Part shown: positions 49,538 to 58,788 of the stretch, in pieces
Layout: the number at the start of each line of letters is the position of its first letter
Position numbering within the stretch: the first letter of the stretch is position 1
Assembly (NCBI GenBank): GCA_965233585.1
Contig: CBDDTI010000746.1
Span: 672,001-736,000, forward strand
Length of the DNA stretch: 64,000 nt
Source of the DNA: a bacterium
Lineage (GTDB): Bacteria > SAR324 > NAC60-12
Direction of reading: 5' to 3'
Position numbers and translations under genes: made by a program
Notes under the pieces: generated by a model
Databases searched by the model: none
Told to the model about the DNA's origin: nothing
The model's input: the letters and a program-made list of their open reading frames with translations, nothing else

Positions 49538-51397
49538 ATGCCCCTTTCTTTTAAAGCACTTCAAGCGATTCTTTCCACGAATCCTGATTATCTCAATCAA
49601 GATGGCAGCTTAGACAGCAGTAAACTACACAAGTTGGTTCAAAGCAGTGATGCCTCATTGATTGCTTTGTTATTAAGTCATCAAGAAACCAAAGCTACGT
49701 TCTTCATTCAACAAGGCAATCATAGTGTCTTCCTAAGGGACAAGCTGATTGATTACATATCGCACAAGGATTTTTTAGCCAATTCTTATACGCGTTATAA
49801 AAATAAAATCGGCTTGCATGATGGAACAAACTATCTGAAAAAAACCAATGATGTTGTTCTAAACTTTCCTTTTAAAGATTGCATCTTAGAAGGTGGACAA
49901 ATCAAAGATGATGACAAACAAGGAGAAGTTTATTTGAATGAAGTGTTAGCTTACATAGAAATAGACAGGCTATTTGATAAAAAAGTCTTCACTTCTGCCA
50001 AAAAATACACTTCAAAAGGACAACAAAGCATCGCAACGTTCAACAGAGATGAAAACGGAGTTATCAAAGATAATCTTATCATCAAAGGGAACAATTTAAT
50101 CGCTTTACATAGCATCAAACATCAGTTTAGAGGCAAAGTTAAACTGATTTACATTGACCCACCTTACAACACAGGCAATGACAGCTTTAACTATAATGAC
50201 CATTTTAACCATTCTACTTGGTTAGTTTTTATGAAAAATCGTTTGGAAGTTGCCAAAGAATTGCTAAGAGATGATGGCGTCATTTTTGTCAGCTGTGACC
50301 ACCATGAACAAGCCTATTTAAAAGTTTTGATGGACGAAGTTTTTGGAAGGGAGAATTTTATTGTCAATTTTGTTTGGGAGACTAAAAAGGGAGCGCAAGG
50401 GATTGTGACTAAAAATATGGTTGTTAACAACCATGAAAATTTAATTGTCTTTTCAAAAACAGAAAATGCTTTTTCTTTTAGGGGATTAGAAAGAGAGGAG
50501 GCTGATTTTGCAAATCCTGACCATGACCCAAGGGGAAAATGGAAAAGGCAATACCTTCAAAGGTTTGGACAAAACTTTAGTCAAAAAACTATTGTCAATC
50601 CCCAAAATAAAATGACCTTTACTTTTGAAACACCCTATTCACAAGAAAAATTAGACCAATGGATCACAGAAGGTTACATCATCTTTCCTGACTCACCAGA
50701 CCAATACCCTGCAAGAAAAGAGTTTTTGAAAGATTATAAAAATAAAAAGCAATGTGTGTCTTCATTAGGTTTGTATTCTACAAAAGCAGGTACTGAAGAA
50801 TTGTATAAACTTTTTGACAATCAAAAAGTTTTTAAGAATCCAAAGCCAGAAAAACTTATTTCTTTTATTATTGAGCAATCTACTCTACCCAATGACATTG
50901 TTTTGGATTTTCATTTAGGAAGTGGTACAACTGCTGCTGTGGCTCATAAGATGGGGAGGCAATACATTGGAATTGAGCAGATGGATTACATAGAACAAGT
51001 TGCAGTGGAGCGACTTAGAAAAGTGATTGATGGTGAACAAGGAGCAGTTTCTAAAAGTGTAGAATGGCAAGGAGGAGGTGAGTTTATTTATTTAGAGTTA
51101 AAAAAATACAATCAACATTTTGTAGAGCAAATTCAACAGGCACAAACGACAAAAGAATTGTTAGAGATTAGAAAAGTTCTTTTAGAAAAAGGTTTTATAG
51201 ACTATCGTTTGAATGTTGAGGCAATCAAAGCAAATGACCAAGAATTTAAAAAGATCACATTAGAACAACAAAAACAAATCTTATTTGAGTTTTTAGATAA
51301 AAATCAGTTGTATGTCAATTATTCTGAAAGAAAAGATGAAACGCACAGTTGCACTGACGAAGAAAAAGAACTTTCAAAAAAATTTTATGAGGAGTAA
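49538..51397 (+). CDS. mod: Type III R-M modification methylase, copy 1
   Basis: NLIIKGNNL, VKLIYIDPPYN (motif IV), PKPE, VLDFHLGSGTT (motif I), WQGGGEF. Confidence 0.92.
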   Translation: MPLSFKALQAILSTNPDYLNQDGSLDSSKLHKLVQSSDASLIALLLSHQETKATFFIQQGNHSVFLRDKLIDYISHKDFLANSYTRYKNKIGLHDGTNYLKKTNDVVLNFPFKDCILEGGQIKDDDKQGEVYLNEVLAYIEIDRLFDKKVFTSAKKYTSKGQQSIATFNRDENGVIKDNLIIKGNNLIALHSIKHQFRGKVKLIYIDPPYNTGNDSFNYNDHFNHSTWLVFMKNRLEVAKELLRDDGVIFVSCDHHEQAYLKVLMDEVFGRENFIVNFVWETKKGAQGIVTKNMVVNNHENLIVFSKTENAFSFRGLEREEADFANPDHDPRGKWKRQYLQRFGQNFSQKTIVNPQNKMTFTFETPYSQEKLDQWITEGYIIFPDSPDQYPARKEFLKDYKNKKQCVSSLGLYSTKAGTEELYKLFDNQKVFKNPKPEKLISFIIEQSTLPNDIVLDFHLGSGTTAAVAHKMGRQYIGIEQMDYIEQVAVERLRKVIDGEQGAVSKSVEWQGGGEFIYLELKKYNQHFVEQIQQAQTTKELLEIRKVLLEKGFIDYRLNVEAIKANDQEFKKITLEQQKQILFEFLDKNQLYVNYSERKDETHSCTDEEKELSKKFYEE

Positions 51398-51400
51398 AAA

Positions 51401-51817
51401 ATGATTATTTATCTTGATAATTGTTGTTTTAACAGACCTTTTGATGATCAAAGGTATTTATCTATTAAAATAGAAACTGAATGTAAATTGTTTATACAAC
51501 AAGCCATTAAAGAAGGAAAATTGATTTTATGTTGGTCATACATTCTTGATTTTGAAAATCATCAAAACCCTTTTTTAGAAAGAAAAATACAAATCCAAGA
51601 ATGGAAAAATATAGCTCTTAAAGACACTGAAGAAACAACAGAAATTTTAAAAATAGTGAAGACTTTCACTGCACTTGGATTCAAACCTTTAGATGCTTTA
51701 CATTTAGCTTGTGCCGTAGAAATGAAATCAGATTATTTTATCACGGTTGATAAAGGTATTTTAAAAGTATCTGAAAAATATTATCTCTTAAAATTATATC
51801 TCCTGTTGATTTTGTAA
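51401..51817 (+). CDS. PIN-domain (VapC-like) toxin; C-terminus apparently frameshifted
   Basis: IYLDNCCFNRPFDD, DALHLACA, FITVD. The alternative frame after the A5 tract at 51774 gives KIISPVDF. Confidence 0.8.
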   Translation: MIIYLDNCCFNRPFDDQRYLSIKIETECKLFIQQAIKEGKLILCWSYILDFENHQNPFLERKIQIQEWKNIALKDTEETTEILKIVKTFTALGFKPLDALHLACAVEMKSDYFITVDKGILKVSEKYYLLKLYLLLIL

Positions 51818-51833
51818 AATTATTAGAAAAAAC

Positions 51834-52046
51834 ATGATGACTGATACCGAATTGAAAATCCATGCTTTTGAAGTGTTGAATCAACATCTTGGTCTTGTAG
51901 AAATGGAAAGGTTTATTGCTTTGATTCAGCAAGAACAGTTTGATTATACGCATTGGAGAACAACTTTATTCCAAGGGCTTGATGGTCAAACAATTAGCCA
52001 ATTAGCAATGGATTATAAGAAAAATCAAAATACACAAATTGAATAA
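51834..52046 (+). CDS. Small partner protein of the PIN toxin (putative antitoxin)
   Basis: 70 aa with a LG.VE.ERFI......FDYT.WR motif, a family I recall as commonly adjacent to this PIN type. Confidence 0.7.
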   Translation: MMTDTELKIHAFEVLNQHLGLVEMERFIALIQQEQFDYTHWRTTLFQGLDGQTISQLAMDYKKNQNTQIE

Positions 52047-52108
52047 TTTTTTATTCCTATTTAGCTCTATCCGTATTTTCAACAAACAAGTTTTAAAACT
52101 ATTGCAAC

Positions 52109-54016
52109 ATGTCTCTTTCTTTTAAAGAATTAAAAACTATTCTTTCTCAAAATTCGGAATATCTCAATCAAGATGGCAGTTTGAACATTATCAAACTGCA
52201 CAAACTGGCTCAACAATGCGATACCAATTTGATCGCTTTATTGGTGAAGCATCAAAACACTAGATCCAGCTTTTTCATGCAACATGAAGGTTATCATGTT
52301 TTTATGAGAGATAAATTTATAGATTATATTTCACATAAAGAGTTTTTAGCCAATTCTTACACCAGATATAAGAATAAAATCGGCTTGCATGATGGAACAA
52401 ACTATCTGAAAAAAACCAATGATGTTGTTCTAAACTTTCCGTTTAAAGATTGCATCTTAGAAGGTGGACAAACCAAAGATGATGACAAACGGGGAGAAGT
52501 TTACTTGAATGAAGTACTGGCAGGGTTTGAAATAGACAGGCTTCTTGATAAAAAAGTTTTAACTAATTTCAAACGCTTTGGAAGCAATCCCCCTTTATCT
52601 CCCTTTGAAAAGGGGGAAGCAATGGAATTGCAGGGGGATTTCCAACGAGATGAAAACGGAGTTATCAAAGATAATCTCATCATCAAAGGGAACAATCTAA
52701 TCGCTTTACATAGCATCAAACATCAGTTTAGAGGCAAAGTTAAACTGATTTACATTGACCCGCCTTACAACACAGGCAATGACAGCTTTAACTATAATGA
52801 CCACTTTAACCATTCTACTTGGTTAGTTTTTATGAAAAATCGTTTGGAAGTTGCCAAAGAATTGCTAAGAGATGATGGCGTCATTTTTGTACAATGTGAT
52901 GATAACGAACAAGCCTATTTAAAAGTTTTAATGGATGAAGTTTTTGGAAGAGAGAATTTTGTTGCCAATTTTATATGGAATCATAGAAAATCTAGCCAGA
53001 ATGACATTGATGTTTCTCTTTCACATAACTATACATTTACATTTTCTAAAAATAGAGATTTTTTTAAATTAAACTCTTTAAAAATTGATCATAGTAAATT
53101 TTCTAACATAGACAATGATCCTAGAGGAGATTGGATAGCTGACCCTTTTGATGCACCAAACATTCGTCCTAATTTGACATATAAAATAGTCAACCCGAAT
53201 ACAGGTCAAGAGTTTCTACCTCCACAGGGAAGATGCTGGAGAATGACAGAAGAAAAATTTGAAGAAGCTCTAAAAGATAATCGTATTGTTTTTGGTAAGG
53301 CTGGAAAATCCAAACCGCAATTAAAAAGATTGAAATTTGAGGCAGAATTAAAAGGGACAAATCCCTTTACAATATGGGATGGAAATGAAGTAGGGACTTC
53401 CACTGAAGGAACAAAAGAGATTATAAAACTCATGGGAAGGAAAGGAGTCTTTGCCACTCCAAAGCCAGAAAGACTTTTGGAAAGAATTATAAAACTAGCA
53501 ACTCAACCAAATGACATTGTTTTAGATTTTCATTTAGGAAGTGGAACGACGGCAGCCGTTGCTCATAAGATGGGGAGGCAATACATTGGAATTGAGCAAA
53601 TGGATTACATAGAACAAATTGCAGTAGAACGCTTAAAAAAAGTGATTGATGGTGAACAAGGAGGAGTTTCTGAAAGTGTAGAATGGCGAGGAGGAGGTGA
53701 GTTTATTTATTTAGAGTTAAAGAAATACAATCAACATTTTGTAGAACAAATTCAACAGGCACAAACGACAAAAGAATTGTTAGAGATTAGAAAAGTTCTT
53801 TTAGAAAAAGGTTTTATAGATTATCGTTTGAATGTTGAGGCAATCAAAGCAAATGACCAAGAATTTAAAAAGCTAACATTAGAACAACAAAAACAAATCT
53901 TATTTGAGTTTTTAGATAAAAATCAGTTGTATGTCAATTATTCTGAAAGAAAAGATGAAACGCACAGTTGTACTGACGAAGAAAAAGAACTTTCAAAAAA
54001 ATTTTATGAGGAGTAA
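52109..54016 (+). CDS. mod: Type III R-M modification methylase, copy 2 (different target-recognition domain)
   Basis: Same DPPY and FHLGSGTT motifs as copy 1. The region between ENF and PKPE differs. Confidence 0.92.
   Translation: MSLSFKELKTILSQNSEYLNQDGSLNIIKLHKLAQQCDTNLIALLVKHQNTRSSFFMQHEGYHVFMRDKFIDYISHKEFLANSYTRYKNKIGLHDGTNYLKKTNDVVLNFPFKDCILEGGQTKDDDKRGEVYLNEVLAGFEIDRLLDKKVLTNFKRFGSNPPLSPFEKGEAMELQGDFQRDENGVIKDNLIIKGNNLIALHSIKHQFRGKVKLIYIDPPYNTGNDSFNYNDHFNHSTWLVFMKNRLEVAKELLRDDGVIFVQCDDNEQAYLKVLMDEVFGRENFVANFIWNHRKSSQNDIDVSLSHNYTFTFSKNRDFFKLNSLKIDHSKFSNIDNDPRGDWIADPFDAPNIRPNLTYKIVNPNTGQEFLPPQGRCWRMTEEKFEEALKDNRIVFGKAGKSKPQLKRLKFEAELKGTNPFTIWDGNEVGTSTEGTKEIIKLMGRKGVFATPKPERLLERIIKLATQPNDIVLDFHLGSGTTAAVAHKMGRQYIGIEQMDYIEQIAVERLKKVIDGEQGGVSESVEWRGGGEFIYLELKKYNQHFVEQIQQAQTTKELLEIRKVLLEKGFIDYRLNVEAIKANDQEFKKLTLEQQKQILFEFLDKNQLYVNYSERKDETHSCTDEEKELSKKFYEE
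52586..52640. repeat. Palindromic element inserted in frame in mod2
   Basis: AATCCCCCT...AGGGGGATT outer inverted repeat enclosing two hairpins; absent from mod1. Confidence 0.75.
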
Positions 54017-54019
54017 AAA

Positions 54020-54241
54020 ATGAGACAAATTGTAATTTACCCAGACATTTGTAATGGTAAGCCTGTTATTGAAGGAACACGAATCACCGTCCAAACGATT
54101 TTAGAATTTTTAGGAGCAGGAGATTCAGTAGAAGAAGTATTAGAGGCTTATCCTAGTTTAACTAGGGAAGACATCTATGTTTGTATTCAATATGCTTCAA
54201 AAATCATGGCAAATTGTTATCAAAATAAAATAACGATATGA
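54020..54241 (+). CDS. DUF433 family antitoxin
   Basis: PDICNGKPVIEGTRITV..IL...G.S.EE.LE.YP.L..EDI..C..YA. Confidence 0.9.
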   Translation: MRQIVIYPDICNGKPVIEGTRITVQTILEFLGAGDSVEEVLEAYPSLTREDIYVCIQYASKIMANCYQNKITI

Positions 54242-54579
54242 AAGGCTTTCTTTTTGATGAAAACCTTCCTATCAATTTAGATTTAGAATCACCTTTTTCC
54301 ATCATTCATGCTTCTCATTTAGGAGAAAGCCTATCAGATACTCAAATATGGGAATATGCAAAACAAAATGATTTAGTGATTGTTACAAAAGATACAGATT
54401 TTTCATATAGAATTTTGGAAATTTCACCACCACCAAGAGTCATTCATTTACGTATTGGAAATTTAAAAAGAAAAGAGTTTAATACTTTGCTTTGTCAAAT
54501 TTGGAGACAATTAGAAAATTTATGCTCTTGTCATAAATTAATCAATGTCTATATTAACCAAATTGACACCCTTGCCTAA
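54238..54579 (+). CDS. DUF5615 PIN-like toxin (VapC45-type)
   Basis: FLFDENLP, SD..IWEYA....VIVTKDTDF, PPRVIHLRIGN; ATGA overlap with DUF433. Confidence 0.88.
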   Translation: MKGFLFDENLPINLDLESPFSIIHASHLGESLSDTQIWEYAKQNDLVIVTKDTDFSYRILEISPPPRVIHLRIGNLKRKEFNTLLCQIWRQLENLCSCHKLINVYINQIDTLA

Positions 54580-54648
54580 TCAAAAAATTTAAAATAACTC
54601 TCTCTTTTGAAAAATTGATGATTCTTTTATTTATAATGAAATTCCTCA

Positions 54649-54703
54649 TTGCACTGATGAAGAAAAAGAACTTTCAGAAAACTTTTATGAGGAATAAAAA
54701 ATG
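54649..54703 (+). repeat. Third, stand-alone copy of the mod 3' end plus RBS (55 bp)
   Basis: 4 mismatches over 55 nt versus 51349-51403; also matches 53968-54022. Confidence 0.9.
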
Positions 54704-55123
54704 ATAGAAACAACTTATTTAAAGCATTGTCTTTTGGTTTTGGAAGCGGCATACATCAAGCTAAAAAATTGTAACCCTCAAGAAATAGAATATGACATCT
54801 ATCGTTTAGCAGTAGTCAAAGAGTTTGAAATTGTTTTAGAGCAAGCAGGGAAGTTATTAAAAAAATGTATGAAACCATACTTTCACAGTCCTAAAGCAGT
54901 CAATCAACTGACTTTCAAAGATATTTTTAGAGAAGCAGGAAAGTTTGGCATACTAGAAATTGACGAACTACAACGTTGGCTAGATTACAGAGATAGTCGC
55001 AATGAAACTTCGCATGAATACGGAGAAAGTTTAGCCAATCAAACATTAGAATTAATAGAACAATTTCTTATAGATTCAAAAAATTTGGTGGATAAACTAG
55101 AACGGTTTAACAAACATCATTGA
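54701..55123 (+). CDS. HEPN-like nucleotidyltransferase substrate-binding protein (HI0074 family; HepT-like toxin)
   Basis: VKEFE..LEQ.GKLLK, KDIFREA...G, and RNETSHEY (Rx4H plus xY). Confidence 0.85.
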   Translation: MIETTYLKHCLLVLEAAYIKLKNCNPQEIEYDIYRLAVVKEFEIVLEQAGKLLKKCMKPYFHSPKAVNQLTFKDIFREAGKFGILEIDELQRWLDYRDSRNETSHEYGESLANQTLELIEQFLIDSKNLVDKLERFNKHH

Positions 55124-55434
55124 ACATGCTTATCATTAGAGAACAAGACAAACAGGCAATCGTTCAAATTGCAAAAAAAGTCTTACAAACAAAGCTAGAG
55201 ATTTGGGCTTTTGGTAGTCGTGTCAATGGAAATTGTCATAGCACAAGTGATTTGGATTTAGTCTTAAAAACAACAGATCAAACACCATTGCCAATGAACG
55301 AACTTAATCAATTTAAAGAAGCATTAAGGGATTCTAACATTCCAATTATTGTACAAGTGTTAGATTGGAATAGAATCCCAAAATCTTTTTGCCAAAATAT
55401 TATGAAAAAATATGAAGTATTGACCCAAATTTAA
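55120..55434 (+). CDS. Minimal nucleotidyltransferase (MNT; MntA/HI0073-like antitoxin)
   Basis: FGSRVNGNCHSTSDLDL fits GSx10DxD; overlaps the HEPN stop codon. Confidence 0.88.
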   Translation: MNMLIIREQDKQAIVQIAKKVLQTKLEIWAFGSRVNGNCHSTSDLDLVLKTTDQTPLPMNELNQFKEALRDSNIPIIVQVLDWNRIPKSFCQNIMKKYEVLTQI

Positions 55435-55451
55435 CAAAAGACCAAGCACCA

Positions 55452-58004
55452 ATGAACAAACAATTTTTATTTGAGAAGTATCAAGCATTAGAAGACATGG
55501 GTTGTTTGCAAACAGAAGTACCTGACTTAATCACTAAAAATCTTAAACATACGTTAAGACCTTATCAAGAAAAAGCAATCAAACGTTTTGTACATTATCA
55601 CGAAAATTATCCCAATAAAAATGGTAATCAACATTTGCTTTTTGAGATGGCAACAGGTACAGGCAAGACTTTAATGATGGCGGCTTTGATGCTCTATTTA
55701 TACTCAAAGAATCACCGAAATTTTATCTTCTTTGTCAATTCTACAAACGTTTTAGAAAAGACCAAACAGAACTTTATTGCACAAGGAACAAGCAAATATC
55801 TTTTTACAGATTCTATTGAAATCACAGGAGACAAAGTAGAAATTAAAGCCATTGATTCAATAGAAGACTCTAATCCTCATTGCATTAATATTTTATTTAC
55901 CACCATACAAGGCTTACATTCACAACTCAATACACCCAAAGAAAATGGTTTAACTTTGTCAGATTTTACAGAATACCAAGTCGTTTTGCTCGCAGATGAA
56001 GCACATCACAACAACACACAAACTAAAGTACAAAAAGAGTTATTTGATTCTTGGGAAAACAGTGTTTTAGCAATTTTTCAACAACATTCAGATAATCATT
56101 TATTAGAATTTACAGCCACTGCAGAATTAGACAAGCCTGCATTAAAAGATAAATACTTAGAGAAAGCAATCATTCAATATGGTCTAAGAGAGTTTAGAAG
56201 TGATGGATATTCTAAAAATATTTTCTTAGCACAAACTCAAACAGATGAGATAAAAAATCGCTTTTTGTTAGCATTGATAGTGAGTCAATACCGTATGGAA
56301 GTTGCCGCAAAATATAAAATCCCTTTAAAACCTGTCATTCTCTTTAAATCTAAAACAATTAAAGAAAGCAGAGACAATCAAAAATCTTTTGAAGAGATGA
56401 TAGAACATTTGACAAAAGAAGAAATCCATGAACTTTTTGATTTAATAGGCAGATATAGAAATCAAACCCCAATCTATCACAAAATTTATTATTTTTTTAG
56501 AGAAGATGAGTTTTTTGCTCAACATCTTGTAGAACGACTAAAAATTGAATTTTTACCAGAAAAAATCATCAATGCCAATGATGACCAAGACGTCAAAACG
56601 ATGCAAATTAAACTCAATACACTGGAGGACGTCAACAACCGATATAGAGTGATTTTTGCAGTGGATAAGCTCAATGAAGGTTGGGACGTCTTGAATTTGT
56701 ATGACATTGTCAAATTGTATGAAACACCTAGCACTAAATATCACCCACCAACTACCAAAGAAATCCAGTTGATTGGCAGAGGAGCAAGGCTTTATCCCTA
56801 CAAAAGAGATGACAACCAAGATTTATACAAACGAAAATGTGATGACGATTTAGACCATGAATCTATCGTTTTGGAACAACTTCATTTCCATACTTCTGAT
56901 GGCTCAAAATTCATTGAACAATTAGATAAAGATTTAGCAGAAATAGGCTTAAAAGATTCTGACTTAACTGAGGTAGAAATCAAATTGAAAGATGATTTTA
57001 CAAAATCAAACATTTATAAATATGGTGTCATTTACCTCAACCAAAGAAAGCTCAGAGAATCTAGTCATATGACTTTAAACAAAAACTTATTTGGCAATTA
57101 TGTTTTAGATGATGTTTTTAAAAAAGAATTTGAATCCGTAACAGGACACTATCAAATCAAAGTGGATCTTGATGAGTATGAATTAGGAGAAGAACAACAT
57201 TCAAAAAATCATTTATATACCCAAAAAAAGACTTTGAAAATTCAAGATATTCCTAAACAGATTTTCTTAAAAGCATGTTCCAGAAATAAATATTTTTTCT
57301 TTGATAACCTAGAATATAAACTTGGCTTAAATTGTATCACTGATTTACAAAAAATCTTTCAAGACAATCTTCTCACCATTGAACACCCAAAAACACACTC
57401 CGAAGCAGAAGTACAAAAACCTGAACACTTACTTAAAGTCTGTGATAGTTTTTTAGCAAATCTGTCTCATCAAATGACTAAAATCTGCACAAACTATGAG
57501 GGAACAAAAGAGCTTATTCCCAAGCCGATTCAAGATGTTTTTAGGAATAAAAGAATTATTTTAACTAAAGAACAAGAAAGAAATTTGTTAGACGGCTTTC
57601 AATTTCAATATCTTGCACAAGAAAAGTTAAAAATTAATTCTTATGAACAGCAGTTAATTGCTGACATTTGTGATTTTTTTCAAGGGAAGGGGTTAGAACC
57701 TGTTTGGTTGATGAGGAATGAACGTTTTTTTCAGATTTATAATTTTTCTAATGGAGAAGGCTTTGAACCCGATTTTTTATTGATGCTTCATCAAAAAGAT
57801 GAAAATGAAAATCATCTTTGTTACCAAATTTTTGTTGAACCCAAAGGGGAACATTTACAACAATTTGACCAGTGGAAAGAAGATTTAATGCACAATTTTG
57901 AGAAAATTGAACTCAAGGACACTCAACAAAAAATCATTGCTTTGCCTTTCTATACTCCAGACTCACAGCAATCTTTTTTGAGTGACTTAAACAAAAAATT
58001 GTGA
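55452..58004 (+). CDS. res: Type III restriction endonuclease subunit (SF2 helicase plus PD-(D/E)xK nuclease)
   Basis: LRPYQ, MATGTGKT, LADEAHH, EFTAT, EGWDV, QLIGRGAR, EPDF...FVEPKG. Confidence 0.92.
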   Translation: MNKQFLFEKYQALEDMGCLQTEVPDLITKNLKHTLRPYQEKAIKRFVHYHENYPNKNGNQHLLFEMATGTGKTLMMAALMLYLYSKNHRNFIFFVNSTNVLEKTKQNFIAQGTSKYLFTDSIEITGDKVEIKAIDSIEDSNPHCINILFTTIQGLHSQLNTPKENGLTLSDFTEYQVVLLADEAHHNNTQTKVQKELFDSWENSVLAIFQQHSDNHLLEFTATAELDKPALKDKYLEKAIIQYGLREFRSDGYSKNIFLAQTQTDEIKNRFLLALIVSQYRMEVAAKYKIPLKPVILFKSKTIKESRDNQKSFEEMIEHLTKEEIHELFDLIGRYRNQTPIYHKIYYFFREDEFFAQHLVERLKIEFLPEKIINANDDQDVKTMQIKLNTLEDVNNRYRVIFAVDKLNEGWDVLNLYDIVKLYETPSTKYHPPTTKEIQLIGRGARLYPYKRDDNQDLYKRKCDDDLDHESIVLEQLHFHTSDGSKFIEQLDKDLAEIGLKDSDLTEVEIKLKDDFTKSNIYKYGVIYLNQRKLRESSHMTLNKNLFGNYVLDDVFKKEFESVTGHYQIKVDLDEYELGEEQHSKNHLYTQKKTLKIQDIPKQIFLKACSRNKYFFFDNLEYKLGLNCITDLQKIFQDNLLTIEHPKTHSEAEVQKPEHLLKVCDSFLANLSHQMTKICTNYEGTKELIPKPIQDVFRNKRIILTKEQERNLLDGFQFQYLAQEKLKINSYEQQLIADICDFFQGKGLEPVWLMRNERFFQIYNFSNGEGFEPDFLLMLHQKDENENHLCYQIFVEPKGEHLQQFDQWKEDLMHNFEKIELKDTQQKIIALPFYTPDSQQSFLSDLNKKL

Positions 58005-58666
58005 GACGATTGCGTTGTCTTAAACTGATGAAAAGGATACCTATGCCAACATCTACCGCACCAGAACATTCTTTTTTGCATGATGTGTATGCCTTGTTGA
58101 TTGGTAGCAGCTTGATTGCAGTTGGGTTGGCTATGTTCAAATCTGCTGGGATTGTGACATCAGGTTTGAGCGGCTGGGCATTTTTGTTGTCTGAAGTCAC
58201 AGGATATTCGTTTGGCGTCTTGTTGTTTATTATCAGTTTACCATTTTATATTTTCGCTTATCGTTTGTTGGGTTTTTGGTTTACATTACGGACAGTTGTT
58301 TTGGTGACGGTGGTTTCTGTTTCTGTGGACATGATAGGTGTGATGATGACAATCAACGTGCATCATTCCTTGATGGGCAGTCTCACTGGTGGTGTTCTTT
58401 GTGGCATGGGGTTACTGTCAATCATGCGTCATGGCATGAGTATGGGAGGATTTGGCGTGCTAGGCGCCTTTTTACAACATAAAAACATCATACGTGCAGG
58501 TATTGTGATGATGAGTGCTGATGGAATTTTGGTGGTGTTATCCGCATTTGTCTTTCCATGGGAAAGCATTTTGTTTTCTTTGGCATCTATGGTCAGCGTG
58601 AATCTCATACTTATCGTCAATCATAAATCTGAATGGTATGTCTCCACTAGCTACGGCATGGGATAA
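58001..58666 (+). CDS. YitT family membrane protein (start probably at ATG 58028 or 58043)
   Basis: HS...DVYAL..G, G..TSG.SG, SLPFY, RHG.S.GG, NHK..WY. Confidence 0.82.
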   Translation: MRRLRCLKLMKRIPMPTSTAPEHSFLHDVYALLIGSSLIAVGLAMFKSAGIVTSGLSGWAFLLSEVTGYSFGVLLFIISLPFYIFAYRLLGFWFTLRTVVLVTVVSVSVDMIGVMMTINVHHSLMGSLTGGVLCGMGLLSIMRHGMSMGGFGVLGAFLQHKNIIRAGIVMMSADGILVVLSAFVFPWESILFSLASMVSVNLILIVNHKSEWYVSTSYGMG

Positions 58667-58788
58667 ACCGCATTAATCTTTACAAAAAATTTGAATAGGC
58701 TTGGTAAAAGTCAAAAGAAAACTTATCGTTTTTGTCGTGAAACATTTGTAAAAACATCAAAAGATAAAATGTTTATAACATTTTATGA

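Noticed and set aside
49538..54016. Phase-variable mod (phasevarion) driven by simple sequence repeats
   Set aside because: No di- to penta-nucleotide or poly-G tract was seen. There are only A-runs of about 7, expected in AT-rich DNA, and both ORFs are open.
49305..58004. Integron, prophage or transposon as carrier of the defence island
   Set aside because: No integrase, transposase, attC-like site, tRNA target or terminal repeat was seen.
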